From positions 2,976,001 to 3,040,000 of the forward strand of contig CM120642.1 in assembly GCA_051362555.1 (NCBI GenBank): DNA of 64,000 bases. The letters run 5' to 3'. The position numbers and the translations under genes are program-made. Source of the DNA: Lingula anatina. Lineage: Eukaryota > Animalia > Brachiopoda. This document shows, piece after piece, positions 25,601 to 37,751 of the stretch; the first letter of the stretch is position 1, and each line of letters begins with the position of its first letter. The notes beneath the pieces were generated by a model. It saw only the letters and a program-made list of their open reading frames with translations. It was not told where the DNA came from and did no database searches.

Positions 25601-28600
25601 GTAGGAGTTGTTTGCTACTGAAATACTTGTATTAGTGTGTGGACTTTGTATGGTATACAGTTTATAGGACTTTTTTTTTCAGTTCAGTAACTTTTATGTT
25701 ATAGTACTCACTGTGTATTTGAAATATACCTTGTGTGTTTACTATCACCACCACGGAAAAGGGCAACCATATTATGCAAGATGATTTGTCTATAATAAAT
25801 ACAAAATAAGGGACAGATTCAAAAAGTACTTTGGTTTTAATTATTTGGTCTTTCATTTATTCATTCTTTTATTATTTTAACTTATATGTTTATTTCTATC
25901 ATTACTATTTATCTACTCCGTCCCTTAAAAAAAAAATGTCAAGTTGGAGGGCTGAGTCTACAGCTCATTAGGAGCCCCCACCCCACCCCACCACACCCCC
26001 ATGATATGTGCAATAAATCAATGATATATGCTATAAAAGTCATGTATAAGAATTACTGGTATAGATACATTATTGGGACATGGGCAACGGTCTGGGAATA
26101 ATTTTCCATGACACATTGATATAGAAAATAAAACTGCTCAAAATTAGACTCAAATCAGATTCAATATTATTGTTATGTGTGAAATGTATTATAACGGTAG
26201 TTTCCTGGTTTAATGAGAAATGATATTTATATAAAATAAAGTATGGGTTTTACTTACTTTCTCTATCATTTGTTTAAGGGAGAAATTTCAGTCCAACTCA
26301 AATATAAATCTTCAAGGAAGTCTCGATGTTTTCTCCTTAGTGTTAACCACCATAAACGATATATTCAATTCAATTCAATTTCAATTTCAATTTATTTCTG
26401 TACTGGTACATAGATTGTCATGACCTTGTACAATATGATATACAAATGATGATACAATACAGTTAGTGTATTACCATCTTTATATAATGAAGATAAGTAC
26501 TAGTAAAATTACTCATAAAATATTCTATCTAAGCATTGAGATAAACCTTGGTGTGATTATAAATTTACCATAAACATACTATAAACATGTTACACAAAAA
26601 GAATATGTTTTTAAAGAACTTAAAACCACCGTTACATAGCTGTTTACATGGCTGTTTGATGACATTGATAATTACGATTAATGACAATTACATAAGACAT
26701 ATAAGTAAATAAGTTACACAGATATAAATATTGTGCCATGTTCAGTCCCACTGCCGAGTCACTTCTCACAACAGTGGGACCATACACTGACATTTTAAGG
26801 GATATGCTAAGAGTTACCAAGCAGAGCAACCACTTCACTTCTTTTCTTAAATGATTTGATTATAAAGTTGGAGAGGGACACTAAAGTATCTTTGTTGGCA
26901 CTGTTAAATACATGGCATAATTGACTGTCTGGTGGCCTTGAATCAGCTTTTAGGAATGAGGTTTTACTGAAAAAGGTGACTCGGTCTGTTTTGTACATTG
27001 GGCATTGGAATATAAAATGGTATTCATCCTCAATTACCCCTTGTGTGCACAGGCGTTAGGTACAGACTAATTTCAGATATTCTCAAATAGCCTACCTCAT
27101 GTGTGCTTATGTTGACAATGGAGGAAGTGGAGATAAGACTGAGATAGTATAAACAGGTCACTTTCAGGATACCAAGCAGAATGAATGAAATATTTCTACT
27201 GACAGTACCCCCTTACATAACCCCCCATATATTATATGGTGTGTAAAATTTAGAAGAACATTTCTAATAAGCATAGCCCCTGTCTAACAAATTACTACGA
27301 AAATAACTTACCACCAAAGAAAAATGATATTCATCATTATTAGAATGTGTCCTCAATATTAAAAGACAATAACTCACCTTAGTCAAGCCAAAGTTTACAC
27401 CTCTTCCTGATCTGTATAGTGGTACAAACTACCTGCCACCAAGTTCAACAGAATCTACAATAAGACATGACCGAAAAGGCATGTATAAATGCATAATTTC
27501 CTCCTTTCAATCAAAATTGCTTAGTTACACAGACGCCACATTAGCCTTCTTATTGTCTGCGTCCTGCTCTTTCTATGCGGTGTAAACATATCAAATGTAC
27601 AATACTGTTGCTTACAGAAATAGCGCCAGTTACACTGATACATTGTGAAGTTTTTCACGCTTTGATTGGTTTCAATGGAGAGGGAGGCTTTGGAAAATGC
27701 CTGCGCGGAAAATTGGTGGAATAGCAGAAGGAAAAATTATGTCAGTGTTTATTTTTTCTTTCACACTACTGATTTTATTATTGTAACATGAAAACTTTTG
27801 ATTTAATGCAAATTTAAATAAAAAATTCAATTAAAATGTTGGAATAGCTACAAGTCTAGAGTTAGAAAAAAGATACACCGTGTATGGATATTTCATCAGT
27901 TCCTCCCTCAAAAAAAAAAAAAAAAAAAAAAAACTACTGTATCTTATTAAAACAGGATAACGTTAGTTTCATTATATCCAGATTTCAAAACATGGAATGG
28001 AAAAATATACTTCAAAACGTCCACAAAAATCGTGATATGACTCGAATCCTTCTATTTCATCATTTTTCCCAAGCGAAGTATTCTAAAATTCTTGCATAAT
28101 CTTAAAAGAAAACAATTTCACCTGCATCTTGTTCTGTAATGCGGCTTGACACTGATAAGGTTAAATTTGATAATATCTGAAAAGTCTTACCTCATTTTAC
28201 TCTTTCAGAATGTTCTCTGATAGATCATTCTCTCAATGAAACATACACACACCTCACACTTCAACTTGCATATTGTGTTCTCAGAGTTCAATCCAATGCA
28301 TACCACAAACTTGCTCAAATATTGGCCATTGTCACCTGCTGTGCAAGCAGTGCTTTAACCACTTATTTCCATTGATTATTCTTTTGTATTTGATGGTTAG
28401 TTTTAGAAAAGCTGCACAATCAGACACGAGTAACTTCATAAGGTATTGATTGCAGAAGGATGCATTGGTTAAGAATATGTTTCTGGCATTTAGGTGTATC
28501 AATTACCATGAATTCATTTTTATTATATATGGGTATATATTTCCTCTTGAATGATCTGTAAAAATTAAAAGAGCACTTAGATTTAAGCAAAATGGAAAAA

Positions 28601-30206
28601 AAAGAGACAGACAATGAAAACAGATGATGATTTTATTTACCTTAATTATAACTTAAACAAAGCACTGCTTCAGTGCTTAAAAAGGCATCAGTACCCTTCT
28701 AAAGATAAAAAACTTCTATTTAAAAAAAAAACAGCTACACCACGCTACCCTTTTTATTACCGTAGTAACTGGCTGTAAAAGTCACTCAAACAATAGGCTA
28801 TTTGTGGTTGCATCCTTTTTAGTGTTTTACCCTTTTGTCATACATTTTATAATCTTCCTTTCAAATATTTGCATAAAACTGCTGGCAACTTAGGAAAATC
28901 AATTTTTGTTTTGAATGTCTTGTTTTCAAGTTCACCCATGCAATATCACAATCACATCCAAGCACAATGTGTTTTGTAACAACTAACACAATACTTATGC
29001 CTCTGGGATTGTGCTGATGACACCTGAATTAACCAATACTAGTAATAAAGCATGCAGGTCAACATTGGATGATGTTTGATTCTAAGTAATTTCTGGGGCC
29101 ACTGATGAGATTAGGAGAGCTAGCAGGTTTCACCACTTTTCCTTGAAGCATATGAATTTATCAACTTATCATAATTATTATTAAAAACATGGAATTGCAA
29201 AGGTTTTTTTTTTTTGGCTATATTAATCAATTATATCATATTTTACAGAAAATGCACATATACATTACAAAATGTGACGTACAATAACATTTTAAAATAA
29301 CATCAAGTATAGTTTCATAATATCTAATCAAAAATCTATTTAAAAGGTTTAAGCTGAAAACGGATTTTAAATCAGCAGTAACATTATGAACAACAGATAA
29401 ATAATAAAGAAATTGTAATTGATGTTTTCACCAGTTTCAGTTTAAGGTTTAATGAAAACGAAATTGGAGCTTTCAAGTCTGTTCAGCAAAAATACATAGC
29501 ATACATCAGAATATTCACATAAAACTTTATCTGGAATTAACAAATTAAAACAAGAGATCTAAAATAATACTGTGAGCAACTTGTAAATCACACACCATCC
29601 TTCAAATTCACCCTATGCCTAATAATGTAACAATATATTGACATTAATCCTTCAGATCAATTATTGAAATGCATATTATTAAGTTAATTGGACTACAATA
29701 CAGGAAATAGGTATTTTGTGTACTTGTACATATAACCCACTTGCTGTATACTAATAGCATAAAGTAGATGTAAGCACATGTCTAAAATTGTTGATTATAT
29801 TCTTGTTGCCCTGCACCAAATAAATCTCTAAAACAATATATTAGTTTACATCTAAATATAACTTAAGTTTACTGAATAAGGAACTAAGAATGCTTCTTTT
29901 TATCATTCAGTCTAGAATATTCTTTTGTCTCCTCAACAGATAAATTTGCTTAAATCAATTAACCGTACATGATTATGGGATTAAAATTTTACAGAACAAT
30001 TGCTATTGAATCAAACACTTAATTTGGGTTCAGTGATCATTTTGGCTCTAATTTAGAGTTTAATTGAAAATCTAGGAATTTTGTGAATCCATGGGAAAAG
30101 CTCATGTCCACTCATCTCTACCTATTTTTGAAAGGATAGATGAGCTTTCTCTAAGATTCCAATGCAGAGAGTCATTTCATATCACTGTGATATTCCTCTT
30201 CAAGAA

Positions 30207-30263
30207 TCACTTTCCCTGTGCTGCCAATTCTTCCTTGATCAAACTGGCTAGGCGCTCAAAACC
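30207..30263 (-). CDS. Terminal coding exon, probably of an AADAT/kynurenine aminotransferase II-like PLP enzyme
   Basis: Strong acceptor ttttcttattttttcag| then GFERLASLIKEELAAQGK-TGA; resembles the recalled human AADAT end AFQVLAQLIKESL*. No upstream aminotransferase exon found in the window. Confidence 0.55.
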   Translation of the reverse strand, partial: GFERLASLIKEELAAQGK

Positions 30264-30338
30264 CTGAAAAAATAAGAAAATAATGATCGACATTTTATTC
30301 TTCTGAAATAAATTATTGTCATGCACTGCAAAGTTTTT

Positions 30339-30442
30339 TATTTTGTGTTTTCAAAATGAAGTGATGACTTGTTAGGGTTAAGCTCTGTATATTTTGTGTT
30401 TTCAAAATGAAGTGATGACTTGTTAGGGTTAAGCTCTGTATA
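30339..30442 (+). repeat. Perfect 51-bp tandem duplication
   Basis: tattttgtgttttcaaaatgaagtgatgacttgttagggttaagctctgta x2. Confidence 0.92.
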
Positions 30443-33400
30443 ATGTCTTAAACAAAATATTATTTTTCTTATAATTTTTCAACAGATCTCTTTTAAGTAT
30501 GGCCTCAAGCACAGTACACTGAAAGTGAGCAGAATTTTAATGCATTATTATATGATCTCTCACACTTAAATACATGAATCAAAAAGTAGTAATCCATGGC
30601 ATTTCACAAATAGTGTAGTGGATGGAGTGCAGATTTCTTCCCTTCAAGTATGTTAAAAAATAAAACAAATTGCTTTCACTGTGTAATTTGTCTAGCTACA
30701 TAATGCACATGAAATCTTCAAAAAAGTCAGTTGCAATTGCAATTTCTTTGCACAACCTGGTGGAACCACATCTCATAAAAACAATAAAAATAAAATTGCC
30801 AAAAAATTGAATTATATATTTTAAAAAAATTAATGACACCTACATGAACAATGTAGGCTCACCAATAAGTCCAGTCCCTTTCTCTCTGAGTGTGCACATG
30901 TGTTTTTTTTAGAACAGATATTCAAATCACAAATAGAATCCTACGTGATACCATCCATTGTACAGGTAAATCATCAATCAAGGAGTCACCTTACCCCAGT
31001 TATAACTTCAATACCTAACGTCACACAATGTGGTTTGTCATGCATGTCCTAAATAACAAAGTGATAAAGAAGCCAGGAGGGCACGCCACTTTTTTTATCT
31101 ATTCATTTTTTACTATTTGTTTGTTAAAGTCATCTAAGTCTACAAACCAGGACTGTGGATTGAATATTTATTTGTGACAAGGGTGGGGAGAGTACTGGAG
31201 CCATTTTCAAGACGTCTCACTTCAGCCAAGGTGGACATACAGACATAGATGAAAAGTAAGTCATTTCGCTGCGTTTATACCGTACAGTACAGAGACAGTG
31301 TGTCTCATTTGTGTAACCTACAAATCCCCAAAAATATTTTATAAATTAGACTTTAGGTTGCAGAAGCTGATATTCAAAACTGAAACGTCTTTTAAATCAC
31401 CGTGACTCCTGTAGCTTATAAACCAAGATTATTCATATAACACAACTAAGGTTCAGTATTACATATATTTTTTTCTATATGTAATATTGTAAAAAGCAGT
31501 ATAGCTGAAAAAATTACCATTCAATACTTTGGTCAGGTCTCAAATGATAATTGCCTCAAATTTGTGACCATGAGTGCCCAAATTAACAATTCACAAAATT
31601 TATATTAAAAATAAAAAATGGTAAACTCATTAACATATCCTTTTTCTTATAACCCATGCAAAAAAACGGCAAGGAATTCTCACTAAAAAAACAGTAAACT
31701 TTCCCCGATACCCCAACGCTAAGCCTTCCACCTCCTTCCCCTCCATCAAGACTACTTAGCATAACTCTGCATACAGGTAAAGAGAACAACAGGACAATAG
31801 CGCTATCAAACTAGGCCAGAGTTAGTGTTTGTTCAAGAATTCAGGTACATGATTACACAGGCGGCCACCACCCCGTTGTCCCAGCTAGTATCACAGCTCG
31901 TTAAACAACTGCTGAGGCTTCTTGAGAGTGGAGGTTTATGGTAAGATGTCGATCATTTTTTATGGTAAAGTGTCTTAAAATTGACTCAGTGTTGTAAAGT
32001 TTATAGGGATTATTGCATCCGTTTTCAATAATGTAGATACTAAAAAATGAGCATAAAGATGGGCACGGGGGCGGATGTTATAAAAGTTCTACTACCATGA
32101 CATTATAAAAAATGTATTAATCAACTCCTTTTCTATTATACCTAGCCAGTATGTTAAGCCCGTAAGCAAACTTATACTGATACACTTTGAGGATGTAGTT
32201 TTAAGCCTTAACTATTTAAGTATGAACAAAGTAATATGGAGGTGGTTGGGGGTGGGGGTTGGAGGTGGGGCATTTACTGATTGCCCATCCTCATAGCAGC
32301 AATGTTCTACAAGTTAGTTTTACATTATGTGGATAGTGGATTTGATCAATCCTTGAATATATTCATTATCAACATACTGAGAAGTATTGGTAGTTTTCAA
32401 GCCAATTGTTAAAGAACGTCAAATATAGTTCTTCTAGTTTCAAAGTTAAGGTACCTGTAAGTTACTTAGATACTAAATAGGTGAACTGCAGAGAGCTCAG
32501 GACATTCCATGCATGATGAATAAATCAACTGTCCACTCAGTTATTACCTTTGAATACTTTATTATAAACAGGCCCATAAGCAATTTATTCCACTTATTTT
32601 GGGAGGGAGGGGTTCAACAGAAGCACTATTCTTCACGCACAGATCCACTCTCAATCAAATTTTGATCTGTATTTTATGCTATTTTTCAAGTTGGGTAAAC
32701 TAAAAGTGTAAATAGGTTGACACAGCCCTGTTAAAATACAAGTCAAGGATAGCTACATGTATGTACTAGACAGTGAGGAATGAAACTTGAAGCTAACATT
32801 GCTATGTTTGAACTTGTACATTAATATATAAGTAATGATGACACAGTAGATAAATATTTAAAACAGGCCTCAAAGCCTAAACTATTAAGGTGAATATCAT
32901 ATAAAACAGGTCTTCATACTTTGAGGGCTTCACACCCTTTTTGACAACTACCAAGCTCCGTGACATCAGTTGAACTTTTTTCTGACAAAGCCTTAAGTTT
33001 GTGAACCAAAGTGCGTGTAACACAAGTCTTGGGTGTAGTTTATCACGGAGAGGTCATGGGCTGCCTCTGACAAGGTGTGGCAAAGTAAACTTACCAAGTT
33101 AAATACACACTGGATGCTGCTACATAGACTTTTAAAGTGCAGGCTTTTTTTAACAGTTTATCTTGTAACAGAGGTAAATGTATAGTATTACAAAAAATTA
33201 ATTGATGAAATAAGTTAATTGTTTTTTAAAGAAACTAAACATGTTTTCCAGCTATATGATGTAAGGTGATTTGGGCCTTTGTCAAAGAGCCTTGAGCACA
33301 AGAAGTGAGCTCGAATGTTTAGGGTCTATCTATAGATTTTGAAATTGATTTTGAAAAATAATTGTTCAAAGATTTTTACATAGTATCTTAATATAAGCAC

Positions 33401-33959
33401 TGGGTATAGAACAGTGACTGTTGTAGCTGAAAATACTTTAGATAAGGGCATCAGTTAAAATTACACTGCTTTTTATTCTTGGAAGGCAAAATTCATACCA
33501 GCACATGTATGTGAACAACTGATTACCATAAAATTTTGGTCAAACCATACTTCAGTGCTCTTGCCAGTCATTCACATTACCATTTTGAAAACTTGTCCAG
33601 TAAGTAAAAATAAAACTTTCTGAAAATATGAATTTGGCAAAAACAAAAGCACTATGAACTTACTAAATATCAGTCAACCCATATATTACACATCCTAAGT
33701 ACAGAAATACTCAATGTACAGGTGTGACTGCATACAATTATTTCTAAGAGTGCCTTCGCATATATATGTATATACTAGTAGAATGGGAAAGTGAAAAGAT
33801 ATACTTCACAAAGTAATCTGAACTTAAAAGGGTAAAACGTGAAAAGAAAAGAAACATTTGGATAACTTATAAAATCTACTCAGATAACATTGTGGCATTA
33901 ATTTGAAAAGAGATATTGGACAATTAATTATGTAATTAACAACAATGAGAACTGAGAAG

Positions 33960-34245
33960 TCTTGGTGGGGGTCTGGACTTTTTTAGTGCTTTTCTATTTT
34001 TAATTCATTAATTAATAGATCACCACCAAAATCTTATCCGTTATGTAAGTTAGCTTATTTCTTTACCACCTGAAAATGTCATCAAAATCTCTCCAAATAT
34101 TTTTGTGAATGTTGTTAACAGATAACCAGAGAGAATCACATGGATGGTAATCCACATGACCACCAAAATGTAATAATTTTTTAATATTATACTTGGCCCA
34201 CCATAGACATTTTCTGAAAGTGTCATCAAAATTCATCCATAACCT
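33960..34245. mobile_element. Degraded Helentron/Helitron-N-like repeat fragments
   Basis: cttggtgggggtctg…agtgcttttcta terminus-like motif; two internal copies of caccaaaat…gaaa.tgtcatcaaaat. Confidence 0.4.
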
Positions 34246-34529
34246 CCCTGGCAAACATATGAATAATTGGACGTGTGTGCCCAGTTTGAAATTTTATTAA
34301 GTAATATTCATAAATTATGTACACTGGTATCACATATAAATACATATTGTTATTGTTATTCAATAATAATCAAATAAAAGTAAAGGTATAAAGGCCCCCT
34401 TTTAAGGACTTAATTTAACTTGCTGAAAAGTTCACAAGTCCTTTTATCTTTTCATAGAGAGTTTAAAAATCTAAAGCTAATATAACAATTTTATCATGTT
34501 CAACATATTGTTTCAGATAAGGCACAGAG

Positions 34530-35198
34530 ATGGTTGCCAAAGTGATTGCAATTTCGCTGCTACTTCATGCCTCTGCCATCTTGGCACAGAGCCAATTCAA
34601 AGCTCCAGATTACGAATGGAGTAAGCATGTTGTCATTGGAGGCTCAGAAGAATTCAACTGCAATGAGAGTAACTACATGGCACCCCTTCAGCACAGTGAT
34701 AGCATCGAATGGGTGCTCCCTGACTCAAAGCGAGTCACTACTGGCTGGTCGGACGATCATCGCACCCTCAGGAACATTACCAACACTGGGCCTATTATAA
34801 ATGCTATTATGCACATCAAAGATGTTCAACCCTCCATCTTTGGATACTATATTTGCAGGGTATCCAGAAATGCAGGCTCGGAAGTTAGCTACACTCGGTA
34901 TGGCCTTAATCTAGGCGGAGCTCCTTTTGCCGACCCATGGGAAAAGTACCAATATAATCTAATGGTAGGGGGTATAGCAGGAGCTGTGGTCCTGGTGGTG
35001 TCCACTTTCCTGTGCCTGGTCTACAAATTTCGTTACAAGGAGCTGGAAGATGGGCGATACAAGGACACCAGTCGCTACACCGGACAACCAATGAAATCCA
35101 CAGCAGTGTACGATAATGCCGCCATGGACAGCAGCCAGGATAGCATCTTCAAGAATGGTGACACAAAACCTGCTGCCTCAACTGACACCCATATGTGA
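34530..35198 (+). CDS. Single-Ig-domain type I membrane protein (222 aa), intronless CDS
   Basis: Signal peptide MVAKVIAISLLLHASAILA; Ig hallmarks FNC…IEWVLP…MHIKDVQPSIFGYYIC; TM LMVGGIAGAVVLVVSTFLCLVY followed by KFRYK; acceptor tttcag| at 34516 just before the ATG; AATAAA at 36444-36449. Confidence 0.88.
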   Translation: MVAKVIAISLLLHASAILAQSQFKAPDYEWSKHVVIGGSEEFNCNESNYMAPLQHSDSIEWVLPDSKRVTTGWSDDHRTLRNITNTGPIINAIMHIKDVQPSIFGYYICRVSRNAGSEVSYTRYGLNLGGAPFADPWEKYQYNLMVGGIAGAVVLVVSTFLCLVYKFRYKELEDGRYKDTSRYTGQPMKSTAVYDNAAMDSSQDSIFKNGDTKPAASTDTHM

Positions 35199-37707
35199 AC
35201 AATTATTTTGTATGTATAAGTGTGATGGAAATCAATGAATGTCCAATGAAGAAAGTACTGACAATTGTCTGTTGAAAAGATATTGAACTATCTACCTTAT
35301 TTACTGCCCATCAAAATAATTCCATGGTTTAAAAATACTTAATCTTTTCAAGAGGAGATCAAATGAGATCAAGTGGATATTATGACAAAAATGTTTTCTA
35401 AGTACTAAAACTTGGAGCTATGAACAATTTTACAGTGTACGTCCAAAGTGTACTCCACAACTAAGGACATATTAATATCTGGGATTCAAATAATTTTTTA
35501 ATTAATTTTTGTTTTAAAAATATCTTCGAGCTATCATTATCATTGATGGATTTAGAAAATATATATATTTTTATGACTGATCTGAAATGTATTAAAAGTC
35601 AATTTATAGTTAGTGTGCTTCTTTCTGGAGGCTCTTAATTTTTTTGAACAATTCATCTGCCAGTTACCTGAGTGTATGTGATAACTGAACAAAAAACATT
35701 ATCCATGTATTCTACTTTTGATTTTTCATAGAATATAATTCAACAAATGCTTATTTTTCATAATACAAGGCTGTTTTGGTCTTGATCTAAATTTTTGAGA
35801 TTTAACCACTCTATCTCAAAGTTAATTAAAAAGCAAATGCTTTAAGTTACAAAATAGTTTAATCTATGTTTTATCAAATTTAAGTAAATCAAACATCCCC
35901 CCCCCAAAAAAAAAAAAAAAATGTATTGAACTTCCTTAAAGTACCTTCCAGTAAATCTACAAATTATTACAAATTTGAAGAAAGGTTCTATAATTTGCTC
36001 AAAATCATATTGTTGCTCATAGGACACCTCAAGAAAACTAACTTGCTTAACATTTTGCCAATTGTACAGGACCTGAAAATATGTCAATTCATCATTAACA
36101 TTTCATGTATATACTACCAGTATTGCTTTAGTTTTTCTGTCCAATATATCATCATATCATATACCTTTATACTGATAATTTGCACAGCTCTCCAGCAAAA
36201 GAAAATACTTAGTTATCAAAGACTGCAGGAATAATTATGAAAGATAGAAAACAATTTCTCAAACTGTATTTGGATTTGATGTTTAATATATACAGTTATA
36301 AAAGATGAAAATTACAATTTCCTATTGGTTGTATATCATTTAGATGAACAAAAAGTTTATTTTAAAATTGTTGAATATCATTACATAGCATAGCTATAGG
36401 TTAAAATGTTACATATATTTTCAATTCCTATTTCTTTGAAAGAAATAAATATATTTATATTGTGAAATCTTTTTATCTGCTTTATGCCACTGTCGTCCAT
36501 AATCCCATTTTTCAACCATGACAAACCCTAGTAGTTGCTAGGCGGACAGAAGTATATCAGTATTTTAGTATCATCTGTAAATAGTGTTATCTGCCTTCCC
36601 TGTCTACACTGGTGCTTACAAACATGTACGTGACTGAGCTTTAAGGGACATTCTCACATGCACCCAAAAAAATGCAGGTTCGGGAGATTTTTTTCTTTTT
36701 CCTAAATAAAAAAAATCTGTAGTAAATTGTCAAGCCAGTCAACAGCTCATCAGGATGCCACCTGTCAGTGAGAAAATGAGTGAAGTTTGACTTATGAATC
36801 CAAGGAATTGAAGCCCTGAGAATCACGGCCTACTTAAAGCTTTAAACATTAGTATGAATCTTATATCTGCATTCACACAGATGAAAGTAGCATCATTTCA
36901 AGCAATTGGTGCAAGATACTTTGTTTGGGTTTTATTTACTGCAAATTTCTCTGTAAATACAGAGGATTTATTTTGTCACAATTGCAAGATGCAGAACTTT
37001 ACAACAACTATATCAGCTAGCATAAGTGGATCCAGTTTAATTTACATTGTCATAGGCCCATTAAGGTCAGATTGTGTTCATAGTGAAGTCTCTCATCATT
37101 ATTCTGTAGTTGTGCATTTTTTTTTTATCATCTGTAGGCAATATGTGGGGGTTTAGGCGGGGGGTGGGTGGGGAGGGTGAATAAACTGGATCCAACTGGT
37201 AAAGTAACTCTCTGAATCAAAATTTTGCCTAGGTACTATAAACAGAAATAGGTTTCACAGTAAAAAAAGGACCACTTTTTATGAAAAAGATCCCCACCCA
37301 CATCCTTGCCAAATGCAGACTACAGGCCTGCTGTAAAAGCACCTCCATACTTTAACAGTTTTTCCAAGTTCCATGTGTACAGTAACTATTCATACACACA
37401 GCCTCAGGACATGTCCTATATACTGAACAACCTGAAAGGGAGCTTGTTTAGTATGTATGTCACACAGAAAGGACTTGCCACCTTTTGTATGCCAATAAAA
37501 AGACTGTATCCACTTAACACAAAAGACTAGCTAGGTGATTTGGGTATAATTTACCTGTAGAAATACCCTCTGGTATTGTAAGACGTGCCTGATAGATCAC
37601 CAACAAACACAGGCAGGTGACAACACAACAAAAGGAAAAAAAATAAGTATGCAAAATATATATATTTAAAGATAAAATAATAGATTAGCATATGACATAC
37701 AATGTAT

Positions 37708-37710
<3 letters not shown>

Positions 37711-37748
<38 letters not shown>
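37711..37748 (+). repeat. (TG)n microsatellite
   Basis: About 19 TG units. Confidence 0.97.

Positions 37749-37751
<3 letters not shown>

Noticed and set aside
30372-30430. TTAGGG telomeric motif
   Set aside because: A single hexamer per duplicated unit, not an array.
36534-36547. X-box-like GTTGCTAGGCGGAC
   Set aside because: Second half-site is imperfect and there is no associated gene start.
37145-37180. G-quadruplex-like G-run clusters (also about 32239-32270, 45763-45782, and C-runs at 46390-46425)
   Set aside because: Mostly associated with degenerate MITEs or low-complexity sequence; no evidence of function.
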